Assembly: GCA_947631155.1 (NCBI GenBank)
Contig: CANRKG010000002.1
Coordinates: forward strand, 12,325 to 76,324
Reading direction: 5' to 3'
DNA length: 64,000 nucleotides
Source of the DNA: an uncultured Bacilli bacterium
GTDB lineage: Bacteria; Bacillota_I; Bacilli_A; RF39; UBA660
The notes under the pieces: model-generated
Seen by the model: only the letters and a program-made list of their open reading frames with translations
Database searches by the model: none
Told to the model about the DNA's origin: nothing
Program-made: the position numbers and the translations under genes
Shown here: positions 32,042 to 42,147 of the stretch, in pieces
Layout: every line of letters begins with the position of its first letter
Numbering within the stretch: the stretch's first letter is position 1

Positions 32042-34066
32042 ATGGCTATAAAAGAAGCAGAATTAAAAAAAGAAAAATTAATATTAAAAAAAGTATCACA
32101 ATTATTAGATGAACATATAGATGAATTACAAAAAGAAGTACATATCTCTAGTGATGACTTAATTGAATTTAAAAAATTAGCTTGGAGTGATTTTGCATCC
32201 TTTGATCAGGGAGATATTATTCAAGCAAAGACTTCTACAGCTGAAGAAGAAAATAGATTATTACAAAAACAAAATTATTTAAAACGACTTATTAAAGTAA
32301 AAGGTAAACCTTATTTTGCCTCAATTGTTTTTCAAGATGATGAGGGATCTATTTTTAATATTTATCTATCTTTAACATATCTTAAAGATAAACATTTAAA
32401 TAATATTTTATATGATTGGAGAAGTCCTATCTGTAGCTTGTTTTATGATTTTGAAACAGGTCCTTGTTCTTATCAAGCACCAGGGGGGTTAATGACAGGA
32501 GAATTATTAAGAAAAAGACAATATAAAATAGAAGACAATAAATTAATTAGTGTTTTTGATAATTCTTTAAATATAGATGATGACGTTTTACAAGAAGTTT
32601 TAGCTACTGAATCAGATGAGAAAATGAAAAATATTGTTAATACTATTCAACAAGAACAAAACCAAGTAATTAGAAATCTAGAAGATAAAAACTTAATTGT
32701 TCAAGGTATTGCCGGTAGTGGTAAAACAAGTGTTGCTCTACATAGAATTGCTTTTTTACTTTATCAAATAAAAAATTTATCAAGTAATAATATTTTAATT
32801 TTTTCACCAAATAACATATTTACAGAATATATTTCTAATGTCTTACCAGAATTAGGTGAAGATAACACTTTACAAACTACATTTAATGACTATTTATCAT
32901 ACTTTATTGAAGATTATAAAGAAGTAGAAACATATACATCTTTTATTGCGAGATATTATGCTTATGAAGATTGTAATCAAGAATTAATTAAATATAAGCA
33001 AAGTGATGTTATTATTAATGACTTAGATGATTTTTTAGATGATTATATTGCGAATGCTAAAATAGAAGATGATATATTAGAATCTAAAACTCATTTAATG
33101 ACCATGGAAGAATTAAATGAAATGTTGAATTATCGATATAATCGACTACCTTTATTTGAAAGAATAGAAGAAATGGCTAAAAAACTAAGTGAAAATTTTT
33201 ATAAAGGTACATTAAAGAAAAAGGCAACTTTTAGTAAAATGTTATATGAAAAAGCTAACTTTAAAAAAGATTATAAGCAAATTTATAAACAATTTTTAAC
33301 TAGTAAATACTGTAGAGTCCCCGTAGAAGAAATAGAAATTAACATGATGTTAAAAAATGATAAGATTAATTATGAAGATGCTTTAATCTATGCTTATATT
33401 AAAGGAAATTTGGAGGGTTATCAATATGAAGGTAATATTAAACAAGTAGTTATTGATGAAGCTCAAGATTATAATAGATTACAATATATTATTATTTCTA
33501 ATATATTTAAAAAAGCAGATTTTACAATATTAGGTGATATTAATCAAAATATGAATCCATACTATAGTTATAAATCATTAAAAGATTTACTAAGTATATT
33601 TGAGGGGAAATACTTAGAATTACAAAAAACTTATCGTTCTTCACCGGAAATTATTGAATATACTAATAAAATATTAAATTTAAATCATGTTAATGCGATT
33701 AGAAAAACAGCGCATTTACCTGTTGTTTTTAGAAAAGGTAATATTAATTTAAAAGAACAATTATTAACTGATATAAATATTTTAAATAAAAAATATAAAA
33801 GTATTGCGATTATTACTAAAGATAAAAAAGAAGCTTTTAAATTATATAAATTATTAGAACAAGAAGTTCATGTTTCCTTAATTGCAGAAGAACAAGAAAA
33901 GTTTCATAAGGAATTAATAATTATACCGGCCTATTTGTCAAAGGGGCTAGAATTTGATTCAGTCATAGCCTACAATAATAGAGAAAATAGTTATCATAAA
34001 AATGAAAAAAATCTTCTCTATGTTGCTTGTACGAGAGCTCAACATGAATTATACGTATATAATTAA
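32042..34066 (+). CDS. helD: HelD-type (helicase IV-like) UvrD-family ATPase
   Basis: GIAGSGKTSVALHRIAFLLY, VIDEAQDY, YRSSPEI, GLEFDSV and YVACTRAQHEL motifs, with a long N-terminal non-helicase region. Confidence 0.85.
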   Translation: MAIKEAELKKEKLILKKVSQLLDEHIDELQKEVHISSDDLIEFKKLAWSDFASFDQGDIIQAKTSTAEEENRLLQKQNYLKRLIKVKGKPYFASIVFQDDEGSIFNIYLSLTYLKDKHLNNILYDWRSPICSLFYDFETGPCSYQAPGGLMTGELLRKRQYKIEDNKLISVFDNSLNIDDDVLQEVLATESDEKMKNIVNTIQQEQNQVIRNLEDKNLIVQGIAGSGKTSVALHRIAFLLYQIKNLSSNNILIFSPNNIFTEYISNVLPELGEDNTLQTTFNDYLSYFIEDYKEVETYTSFIARYYAYEDCNQELIKYKQSDVIINDLDDFLDDYIANAKIEDDILESKTHLMTMEELNEMLNYRYNRLPLFERIEEMAKKLSENFYKGTLKKKATFSKMLYEKANFKKDYKQIYKQFLTSKYCRVPVEEIEINMMLKNDKINYEDALIYAYIKGNLEGYQYEGNIKQVVIDEAQDYNRLQYIIISNIFKKADFTILGDINQNMNPYYSYKSLKDLLSIFEGKYLELQKTYRSSPEIIEYTNKILNLNHVNAIRKTAHLPVVFRKGNINLKEQLLTDINILNKKYKSIAIITKDKKEAFKLYKLLEQEVHVSLIAEEQEKFHKELIIIPAYLSKGLEFDSVIAYNNRENSYHKNEKNLLYVACTRAQHELYVYN

Positions 34067-34095
34067 TTTACAAATTAAGATAATATTGTTATAAT
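34067..34095 (+). promoter_or_regulatory. Putative sigma-A promoter of the pilin-like gene pair
   Basis: TTTACA (34067-72), 17 nt, TATAAT (34090-95) with a TG at the extended -10 position. Confidence 0.55.
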
Positions 34096-34120
34096 TGAAA
34101 TAATAGGATGGTGAAATCTT

Positions 34121-36283
34121 ATGAAGAGAAGGGTAGATAAAAAAGGATTTACAATAGTAGAACTTTTAGCAGTAGTAGTAATAATAGGTGTTATAGGAAC
34201 TATTGCAATAGTAGGTGTTAATAGTGTAATAAAAAGATCACATGAAAAATATCATTTAGCTCAAGCTAAATTATTTGTTGCAGCAGCTCAAACATATTTT
34301 TCAGATCATAAAAGTAGATTACCAATAAGAACTTTTACTCAAACAACAGTAACATTAAATGAATTAATAGAAGAAAACTATATAGATCAAATCTTAGATT
34401 ATAAAAAAGAACCATATGATGTATATAAAAGTTATGCTTCTGCTACTAAAATGGGTGCTGGTCAATATGCCTATGATGGAGAATTAATAACAAAAGATGG
34501 CGAAAGAGCAAAATATAAAGATCATAAAAATAACAACGGTAGTATAATTTTTAAGAACGAAGGATCAACACTTACAAGTGATCTTTATACAAATAATGAA
34601 AAAGAGATAGAAATAGTTATGAGTGATTCTGATACAATTGCAGGATACATTGTCTCAATATATAAAAATAATAAAAAAGTAGAGGATTTAGAATACAAAG
34701 AAATAGGAAATTCGACTGAAGCCTCAACTAATGTAAAACTATCAAAAAACATTTATAAAGATGGAAAATATAAAATACGTGTAAAATTAATAGATATATA
34801 TAACAATCAAAAAACAGCAGACTCTAATTATATAACCTTAGATACCATTGCTCCAAAATGTAATATATCAATTGATGGCGGAACGAAAAAAAATGGTTGG
34901 TACTCAGATAAAGACGTTAAATTGAAAATGACTATAAATGATAAAGATGATAGTCCTACTTCTTGTTTAACAGCTACGCAAGGGTGTCTATCATCTGGAA
35001 GTGCCAATAAATCTTATAGTAAAAGTATTTCTACTACAAGAAAAGGAGACGGAAGTAATATTAATTATTATGGTGAAAGTGTAGACAGAGCTGGAAATAT
35101 AGGAAAATGTAATATTACTTTTAATAAAGATTCAACACCACCATCAACATGTAATATAACAGTTAATGGTGAGAAAGGAAAAAATAATTGGTATATTAAT
35201 AAAGCTCCAGAGATTACTGTAACTGGAGTAGATTCTAAAAATGGTAGTGGAATTGATTCTACTCAATATAAATTAAATAATAAAATTGGACAAACACAAA
35301 GTCAGGCTACTAGCACAGCTGGAACTTTGTGGACAGGAACTGTTCAGGATTTAGCTGGAAATTCATCTACATGTACTACAAATGTTAAGTATATTGCTGA
35401 ACGTCCAGCAATAGTATTTGGTCTTAGTAATCCTAGTGGTAATGAAGTATATTATAGTTCAACTGGCTGTATTCAATATGGTGTCTTATCAGTTGCTGGA
35501 ATATCAGGCTTTACTAACTTAATGCCTCTTTATACTAGTATTGATGCAACAACAAACTTGCCTAATTATTTAGCCGGAGGAACTATGTTGGCATTTGGAG
35601 AACTTAGACCTGATAATTATAAATGTGATTGGCCATTCTGCTATTATTATCTTTATACACATTGTGCTAATGGTGCTTCTGAACATCATTTTGAAGTTGA
35701 GGATGGTGCGGGACAAAAAGCACATGAATCAACAAAATTAACTATTACAAAACCATCCGATGATTCTACGCCGGATTCAGCCCCACCAAAACCAACTAAA
35801 AAGACCGTTAAAGTTTCATACCAAGGTGATATTGGAACAGGAAATACTATTCAATTTTATTGTAAAAATAATAGTACTACTAATGAAGAATCTACAATAA
35901 GTTGGGAAATATATAAGAGCAAAGAAAAGGGGTCTCCTTCTGCCGATAGAAAATTAGATGAAAGTGGTTCTAGATCAATAAGCAACACAGGTATTAAAAT
36001 GAAAGGTCTGGAAACTGGGTTTAATTATGAAATAAGAGTTAGTTGTAAATATGGGGAAGCTAAAGACAAATTAACGATTCATGATCTTTATTGTTATGAA
36101 TCGTCAGTTACAAATGAATTAACACAAACTAAAGCTAATTGTGTTAAGAAAGAAAATTGTGAAAAATGTAGTAGCTATTGTGCTAAAATATTTTTTCCTG
36201 AATCTACGTTAGATGATACTGTTCGAAAAAAGAATAATTGTGATTGTTCATTTTATCATGATCAAACAAAATGTCCACGATAA
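34121..36283 (+). CDS. Large (720 aa) protein with prepilin-type N-terminal cleavage/methylation signal, Ig-like repeat region and Cys-rich C-terminus
   Basis: Class III signal KKG/FTIVELLAVVVIIGVIG with Glu at +5. Two repeated segments fit the pattern NGWY..K..(V/I)....D..SG...(D)RAGN / DLAGN, as seen in Ig-like repeats. The last ~90 aa contain 11 Cys. Confidence 0.8.
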   Translation: MKRRVDKKGFTIVELLAVVVIIGVIGTIAIVGVNSVIKRSHEKYHLAQAKLFVAAAQTYFSDHKSRLPIRTFTQTTVTLNELIEENYIDQILDYKKEPYDVYKSYASATKMGAGQYAYDGELITKDGERAKYKDHKNNNGSIIFKNEGSTLTSDLYTNNEKEIEIVMSDSDTIAGYIVSIYKNNKKVEDLEYKEIGNSTEASTNVKLSKNIYKDGKYKIRVKLIDIYNNQKTADSNYITLDTIAPKCNISIDGGTKKNGWYSDKDVKLKMTINDKDDSPTSCLTATQGCLSSGSANKSYSKSISTTRKGDGSNINYYGESVDRAGNIGKCNITFNKDSTPPSTCNITVNGEKGKNNWYINKAPEITVTGVDSKNGSGIDSTQYKLNNKIGQTQSQATSTAGTLWTGTVQDLAGNSSTCTTNVKYIAERPAIVFGLSNPSGNEVYYSSTGCIQYGVLSVAGISGFTNLMPLYTSIDATTNLPNYLAGGTMLAFGELRPDNYKCDWPFCYYYLYTHCANGASEHHFEVEDGAGQKAHESTKLTITKPSDDSTPDSAPPKPTKKTVKVSYQGDIGTGNTIQFYCKNNSTTNEESTISWEIYKSKEKGSPSADRKLDESGSRSISNTGIKMKGLETGFNYEIRVSCKYGEAKDKLTIHDLYCYESSVTNELTQTKANCVKKENCEKCSSYCAKIFFPESTLDDTVRKKNNCDCSFYHDQTKCPR

Positions 36284-36467
36284 AATAGTATTATGAAAAT
36301 CCCGTTAATGTTAATATAATAAAAGAAATGGAGAGATTTTTATTATGAAAGGAAATACCAAAAATATAAATATTTATTAAAAATTTACGATAAAAATCAT
36401 GATTCTAATTGCATTTATTTTTAAAACGTGTTATATTATTTTTATAAAATAGAGAGGAGAATATTTA

Positions 36468-36980
36468 ATGATAAAGGGTATTAAAAATAATAAAGGATTT
36501 ACATTGATTGAGTTATTAGCAGTAATTGTAATTATGGGTATATTAATGATTGTTGCTATACCAGCAATTACTAGGTATATTACACAATCTAGAAGGGATA
36601 CATTTGTAGATACAGCTAAATCATATATAAATGCTGTTAGATATATGTATCTTAATGATGAACTATCATGTAATACTTCTGGTGTTGTTGCATCATCTGG
36701 TACTACTTATTATGTAAAAGTTGATCCATCAATGCTAGAAAAAGGTGGACTTTCTCCATGGGGAAGCAGTACAATAACTGCGTATGTGCAAATAATTCCA
36801 CCTACTAAGTCAGATGGAAAAACTACCTATAAATTTATTGGTACTGATGCTAATGGTCATGGAATACCTAGTTTAATAGAAGAGAAGGATTTAAAAAGAG
36901 AAAATGTAAAAGTTTCTGGTGCTGGAAGTCCGTCAAACCCAGGTGGTACAGAATGTAAAGTTAATTCTACTACTTATTAA
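36468..36980 (+). CDS. Type IV pilin / pseudopilin-like protein (170 aa)
   Basis: NKG/FTLIELLAVIVIMGILMIVAIP class III signal peptide with Glu+5; size is typical of a major pilin or pseudopilin. Confidence 0.85.
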   Translation: MIKGIKNNKGFTLIELLAVIVIMGILMIVAIPAITRYITQSRRDTFVDTAKSYINAVRYMYLNDELSCNTSGVVASSGTTYYVKVDPSMLEKGGLSPWGSSTITAYVQIIPPTKSDGKTTYKFIGTDANGHGIPSLIEEKDLKRENVKVSGAGSPSNPGGTECKVNSTTY

Positions 36981-36995
36981 AATTATGTAATTGTA

Positions 36996-37030
36996 TTAAC
37001 AGGTAGATATAATTTACCTGTTAATTTTTT
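36996..37030 (+). terminator. Intrinsic terminator after the pilin gene
   Basis: TTAACAGGTA (36996-37005) / TACCTGTTAA (37015-24), followed by TTTTTT. Confidence 0.8.
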
Positions 37031-37077
37031 GGAATTTTTTTGGTTTTGGTGGTATATTTAATTTAGGGAGTGATTTG

Positions 37078-37959
37078 ATGTTAATAATAGGAAGTCATGT
37101 TGGTTTTAAAAAAGATACACAGTTATTAGGTAGTTTGGAAGAAACTTTAAGTTATGGTGCTAATACTTTTATGTTTTATACTGGAGCACCTCAAAATACA
37201 ATGCGTTATGCCATTAATGATGAACTTACTAGTAAGGCTTTAAAGATAATTAAAGAAAAAGGTATTGATTATGCTAAAGTAATAGTTCATGCTCCGTATA
37301 TTGTTAATTTGGCTAATAATAGTGATCCAGAAAAATATGAATTTTCAATTAAATTTTTAAAAGAAGAAGTAAATAGATGTAATCAATTAGGTATTAAATA
37401 TTTAGTTTTGCATCCAGGAAGTCATGTTGGATTAGGTGTTGATGTCGGAATTAAAAATATTGCTACAGCTCTAAATATAATTCTTGAAGATAGTGAGGTT
37501 ACAATTTTATTAGAAACAATGGCTGGTAAAGGTAGTGAAATTGGTTCTACTTTTAAAGAAATAAAAAAGATTATTTCTTTAATAAAAAATAAAGATAAAA
37601 TAGGAGTTTGTCTAGATACTTGTCATTTAAATGATGCTGGTTATGATGTTACTGATTTTAATCAATTATTGGATTATTTTGATGAGATAGTGGGAATTGA
37701 TTATGTTAAATGTATTCATATTAATGATAGTAAAAATATAAAAGGTTCTCACAAAGATAGACATGAAAATATTGGTTTTGGTACAATTGGTTTTAGTTCA
37801 CTAATAAAAATTATTTATAATGAACGTTTAGAATCTATTCCTAAAATATTAGAAACTCCATATGTTGGTAAAAACCCTCCTTATAAAGATGAAATAGAAA
37901 TGATTAAAAATAAAAAATTTGACCAAAATATAAAAGAAAGATTAGAAAAGCAAGTTTAA
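37078..37959 (+). CDS. nfo: Deoxyribonuclease IV (endonuclease IV)
   Basis: IGSHV, HAPYIVNLA, LHPGSH, LETMAG, DTCH and HINDSK motifs. ATG 37078 lies 7 nt after AGGGAG. Confidence 0.95.
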   Translation: MLIIGSHVGFKKDTQLLGSLEETLSYGANTFMFYTGAPQNTMRYAINDELTSKALKIIKEKGIDYAKVIVHAPYIVNLANNSDPEKYEFSIKFLKEEVNRCNQLGIKYLVLHPGSHVGLGVDVGIKNIATALNIILEDSEVTILLETMAGKGSEIGSTFKEIKKIISLIKNKDKIGVCLDTCHLNDAGYDVTDFNQLLDYFDEIVGIDYVKCIHINDSKNIKGSHKDRHENIGFGTIGFSSLIKIIYNERLESIPKILETPYVGKNPPYKDEIEMIKNKKFDQNIKERLEKQV

Positions 37960-38222
37960 AAAAGTAACTTGCTTTTATAATTTAGATATAATTCAATAAT
38001 TTTATTGTATAATGGTTCAGGAAGAGATTTTTTTAATTCTTGTATAGAAGAGTCATCTCCATTTAAAATATTTACATAATTTCTTTTTATAAAATTATAT
38101 ATTATAATAGATTCTGCTTTCGAAAGTTCAATATTATTTTTTGAAGCATATTCTAAAATATCATTAATTGTTAGTTTTTGGTTAATATAATTAATAATTA
38201 AATTTTTATAAATATTTATCAC
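37956..38222 (-). CDS. DUF2624 (YqfT-like) small protein
   Basis: 88 aa, convergent with and overlapping nfo, like yqfT next to yqfS(nfo) in B. subtilis. The pattern N(Y)INQKLTINDILEYA...NYVNI resembles YqfT. Confidence 0.6.
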   Translation of the reverse strand: MINIYKNLIINYINQKLTINDILEYASKNNIELSKAESIIIYNFIKRNYVNILNGDDSSIQELKKSLPEPLYNKIIELYLNYKSKLLF

Positions 38223-38286
38223 CCAATAAAAATATATGAAATAAGTTGGTAATTATGTGATAAACTAGTAATAGAAGGAGGGTTTT

Positions 38287-40350
38287 ATGAAAAAAAGAGG
38301 AAAACTACATAGTAAGAAAAAAAATCCTGTATTGGAACAAATTGTAAAAAGAAGATTAACATTTCTTCTTGTTCTTGTTTTTATTTTATTTGGATTTGTA
38401 TTTCTTAAATTTTACCAAGTAATGATTATTCAAAATAATAAATATAAAAAAGAATTAGAAAAATTATCACTTGATATAGTTGAAGGCCCTTCTGCACCAC
38501 GTGGTCGAATCTATGATAGAAATTATAATATTATTGTTGATAATATTGCGGTAAAAACAATCTATTATAAGAAAGATAAGACTATTTCAACCAATGATGA
38601 AGTTAATTTAGCCTATAAAGTTAGTAGACATTTAAATTTACAGTATGAAAAATTAGCTGAAAGGAATCAAAAAGAATTTTATGTTTTAATTCATCCCAAG
38701 ATAGCGACATCTAAGATAACGGATAAAGAATGGGATAAATTAGAGCAAAGAAAATTAACTAATAATGATATTAAAGAATTGAAAATAGAAAGAGTTACTA
38801 AAGAAGAATTAGATAGTATGAATGAGGAAGATAAAAAAGCAGCTTATTTATATTATTTAATGAATAAGGGATATACCTATGATGAAAAGACAATTCGAAC
38901 TGATGATGTTACTGATGAAGAATATGCCTATATTTCAGAAAATAACAAGGAATTAGAAGGTTTTAATACTAGATTAGATTGGGATAGGGTATATCCTTAT
39001 GGTGATACTTTTAAAACGGTCTTAGGAAAAGTTTCTTCTTCAGCAGCAGGAATTCCAAAAGAAGAAAAAAATTATTATTTAAGTAAGGGTTATTCTTTGA
39101 ATGACAGAGTTGGAATTAGTTATATTGAAAAACAATATGAAGATTATCTTCGTGGTACAAAAGAAGTTTATCAAGTCATTAATAGAAATGAGTTAAAAAG
39201 ACTAAGTGAAGGAAAAAGAGGTAATGATATCGTTCTTTCTATTGATATCAATCTTCAAAAACAGTTAGAAGATATTTTAAGTGATGAAGTTATGAAGACT
39301 AAAAATGAAGCTAATACTCAGTTTTATGATCATTCAGCGGTAGTTATTCAAGATCCTAATACAGGTGAGATTTTAGCTATGGCTTCTAAACAGGTAGTTG
39401 ATGGAAAAATAGTTGATAATACTAGTAGTATTTTAACTTCACCGGTAACTCCTGGTTCTATTGTTAAAGGTGCATCTATCTTAGTTGGATATAATAGTGG
39501 TGTTTTAAAAATGGGTGATTACATTGTTGATGAATGTATTCATATAAGAGGTACTAATGAAAAGTGTTCGTCAAGAACTTTAGGTAGAATTGATGATATT
39601 ACAGCTTTAGCCAAATCAAGTAATGTATATCAATGGAAAACGGCGATTAAAGTATCAGGTTATAACTATAGTAGTGGAATGATGTTACCATTTAATCAAA
39701 GTGCTTTTGATACTTATAGAAATATGTATCATTCCTTTGGGTTAGGTGTTAAAACGGGAATTGATTTACCAGTTGAAAGCTTAGGATATGGTGCTAAAAA
39801 AGATACTCAAGCAGGTAATCTTTTGGATTTTGTAATTGGTCAATATGAAACATATACTACTATTCAACTTTCTCAATATATTAATACAATTGCCAATAGT
39901 GGTAAAAGACTACAACCACATTTATTAAAAGAAGTTCATGAAGCAACTGATGATGAAGGATTAGGCAAAGTTATTCATCAATTTAAAACTAATCAATTAA
40001 ATACTATTGATACTAAACCAGAGTATATGAATCGTGTTCATGAAGGTTTTTATGCAGTTATTAACTCAGCTGGTGGATATGGTAGAGGTTATATCGATTA
40101 TAAATATAATCCTAGTGGAAAGACAGGAACTTCACAGAGTTTTATTGATACAGATAATAATGGCATAATCGATAAAGAGACAATAACTTCAACTTTTGTT
40201 GGTTATGCTCCAAGTGATAATCCAAAGATGTCAATAGTAGTCGTTTCACCAAATTCATCTCGTCCTGATACAGGCAGCAGTTATGCTAGTTTAGTTACTA
40301 TGCGCATTTCTAAACGTGTTACTGATGCTTATTTTACAATTAACCCATAA
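38287..40350 (+). CDS. Class B penicillin-binding protein (PBP2-type transpeptidase)
   Basis: N-terminal membrane anchor, SxxK = SIVK, SxN = SSN, KTG = KTGTS. Confidence 0.92.
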   Translation: MKKRGKLHSKKKNPVLEQIVKRRLTFLLVLVFILFGFVFLKFYQVMIIQNNKYKKELEKLSLDIVEGPSAPRGRIYDRNYNIIVDNIAVKTIYYKKDKTISTNDEVNLAYKVSRHLNLQYEKLAERNQKEFYVLIHPKIATSKITDKEWDKLEQRKLTNNDIKELKIERVTKEELDSMNEEDKKAAYLYYLMNKGYTYDEKTIRTDDVTDEEYAYISENNKELEGFNTRLDWDRVYPYGDTFKTVLGKVSSSAAGIPKEEKNYYLSKGYSLNDRVGISYIEKQYEDYLRGTKEVYQVINRNELKRLSEGKRGNDIVLSIDINLQKQLEDILSDEVMKTKNEANTQFYDHSAVVIQDPNTGEILAMASKQVVDGKIVDNTSSILTSPVTPGSIVKGASILVGYNSGVLKMGDYIVDECIHIRGTNEKCSSRTLGRIDDITALAKSSNVYQWKTAIKVSGYNYSSGMMLPFNQSAFDTYRNMYHSFGLGVKTGIDLPVESLGYGAKKDTQAGNLLDFVIGQYETYTTIQLSQYINTIANSGKRLQPHLLKEVHEATDDEGLGKVIHQFKTNQLNTIDTKPEYMNRVHEGFYAVINSAGGYGRGYIDYKYNPSGKTGTSQSFIDTDNNGIIDKETITSTFVGYAPSDNPKMSIVVVSPNSSRPDTGSSYASLVTMRISKRVTDAYFTINP

Positions 40351-40420
40351 TAAAATGAGTTTATAGATGCAAAAATAAAAAAAATATGTTATAGTATAAT
40401 CGTATAAGGATAGTGATAAC

Positions 40421-41698
40421 ATGAAACTAAAATATTTGTTGAAAAAAACAATTAATATTAGAACAAGTTATTTAATTGCTATTGTAATTGTTGCTATATT
40501 GATAATAGGCGGATGCTTTTCATATGCAGTATTCACAGTAAGAAGTGAAAGTAAGGGTGCTTTAAATATAGTTACAGGTAATTTATATCCATACTTAGAA
40601 AGTGCTGATTTAGATAAAGAAAAAAAGATTATTGTGAATCCTAAAGATTCAGTTATTATTACAGTGAAATTAATGAATGTTAATGGTATCGAAGTAAAGG
40701 CTAATATGTATTACAGTGCTACTTCAAAAAATGTTGATGTAAGATATTTAAACAAAGCAGATGCTGCTCCTCAAAAAACAGGAATTATCTTGGGAGCTCA
40801 TGGTAGTGAAACTGATTCTCAAAATATTGATATAAAAATAACTAATAATGATTCAGTATCACCAGTAACAATAACTTTTGGTAGTGATGTTGGTTTAAAA
40901 CAATCTGATTTGACTTTTCCCGAAGATAAGAATCAAATCTTGAAATTTGAAGGTAATCCATATATTATTAGAGCATATAATTATAATGATGATGTTGCAG
41001 CTGCTAACTATTGTTTAACTGGAGAAGAAGCCAGTTGTGTAATTTCTGATTGTTATAATAATAAAGAGGTAAATAGTTGTGTTCCTGGTACTATTTTTAA
41101 ATATAAGGTTGCTGATAATATAGAAAAAACATTCTATGTTATTGAAGATAAAGGAACTTCTATAACATTGCAACAAAGAGAAAATACAATAACAAATTTT
41201 GCTTGGTATATAGATGCAGATGATAATAGTCATGGCCCAACAACAGTTTTAGCACAGTTAAAAGAAGAAACCAAAAATTGGGATAATGTTTTAGATCAGA
41301 CTTATACTATGGGAACAACGCCTTTTAAAGATAATAGTTTTACAGGTTGTTCTTCATATGACACATGTAGTACTAATGCTTATACTTTAACAGAAACAAA
41401 TGCTAAAGCTAGAATGATTACAGCCCAAGAAGCTAAAGCTTTAAGTTGTACTGATTCTAACAAATCATGTCCAAAATGGATGTATAACTATTTATATGCT
41501 TCAAAAAATTATGATGGCACAGCAGAAGATAATATGCCAACTAATAATAGATTTAATATTGGTTATTGGACAATGTCTGCATATACTACAATTCCAAATA
41601 GTGCTATGCATATTACTAATTCTGGAGCTTTAACAGGAGCTAATGGTTTAACTACTAGTTTGTATGGAGCAAGAGCTGTTATTGATATAAAAAAATAG
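40421..41698 (+). CDS. Secreted Cys-rich hypothetical protein with SipW/TasA-type-like N-terminal signal region
   Basis: N-terminus KK..(hydrophobic)..IIGGCFSYAVFTVRSESKGALNIVTGNL resembles the GGTxAxF(S/T/N)D...GTL pattern of SipW-dependent signal peptides. The C-terminal ~250 aa contain 9 Cys. Confidence 0.7.
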   Translation: MKLKYLLKKTINIRTSYLIAIVIVAILIIGGCFSYAVFTVRSESKGALNIVTGNLYPYLESADLDKEKKIIVNPKDSVIITVKLMNVNGIEVKANMYYSATSKNVDVRYLNKADAAPQKTGIILGAHGSETDSQNIDIKITNNDSVSPVTITFGSDVGLKQSDLTFPEDKNQILKFEGNPYIIRAYNYNDDVAAANYCLTGEEASCVISDCYNNKEVNSCVPGTIFKYKVADNIEKTFYVIEDKGTSITLQQRENTITNFAWYIDADDNSHGPTTVLAQLKEETKNWDNVLDQTYTMGTTPFKDNSFTGCSSYDTCSTNAYTLTETNAKARMITAQEAKALSCTDSNKSCPKWMYNYLYASKNYDGTAEDNMPTNNRFNIGYWTMSAYTTIPNSAMHITNSGALTGANGLTTSLYGARAVIDIKK

Positions 41699-41789
41699 GG
41701 TATAGATAAAATATATAAAAAAATATTGAAAATCTTTTGCTTTTTTAGTAAATTCTGGTATAATACCTATAGACGTAAGGAGGGATATC

Positions 41790-41954
41790 ATGGCAAAAGT
41801 AGGAAATAGACAACGAAAAACATTAGTTTGTAGTGAATGTAACTCAGAAAATTATAGGGTTGAAAAAAATGTTAAAAATACAACGGAACGTCTAAATTTA
41901 AGTAGATATTGTCCAAAGTGTAAGAAGCATACTGAACATAAAGAAAAGAAGTAA
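41790..41954 (+). CDS. rpmG: 50S ribosomal protein L33
   Basis: Not in the ORF track (54 aa). [54 protein letters not shown], preceded by AAGGAGGG. Confidence 0.93.
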   Translation: MAKVGNRQRKTLVCSECNSENYRVEKNVKNTTERLNLSRYCPKCKKHTEHKEKK

Positions 41955-41967
41955 TTAAGGAGGGTTT

Positions 41968-42147
41968 ATGGTAGTACCTTATAAAAAAGATCCATTACAT
42001 TCTAATGTTGATTGGGAAAAATTTTTTGCTATTCAAAATATTGACAATATAAATAATTATGAACAACGAATAGTGCCTAATAAAAATAATACTAAAATTA
42101 AAACTAAAACAATAAGAAAAAGTTCATATAAAGGTGGAAGAAAATAA
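41968..42147 (+). CDS. Small basic hypothetical protein (59 aa), translationally coupled to efp
   Basis: Not in the ORF track. ATG 41968 follows AAGGAGGG; the TAA stop shares a base with the efp ATG (TAATG). Product: MVVPYKKDPLHSNVDWEKFFAIQNIDNINNYEQRIVPNKNNTKIKTKTIRKSSYKGGRK. Confidence 0.5.
   Translation: MVVPYKKDPLHSNVDWEKFFAIQNIDNINNYEQRIVPNKNNTKIKTKTIRKSSYKGGRK

Noticed and set aside
36345-36380. An 11-codon ORF (MKGNTKNINIY) with an upstream GGAGAG in the spacer between the two pilin genes.
   Set aside because: It is too short and low-complexity to support, and nothing here indicates conservation. It is mentioned only as a possible leader peptide.
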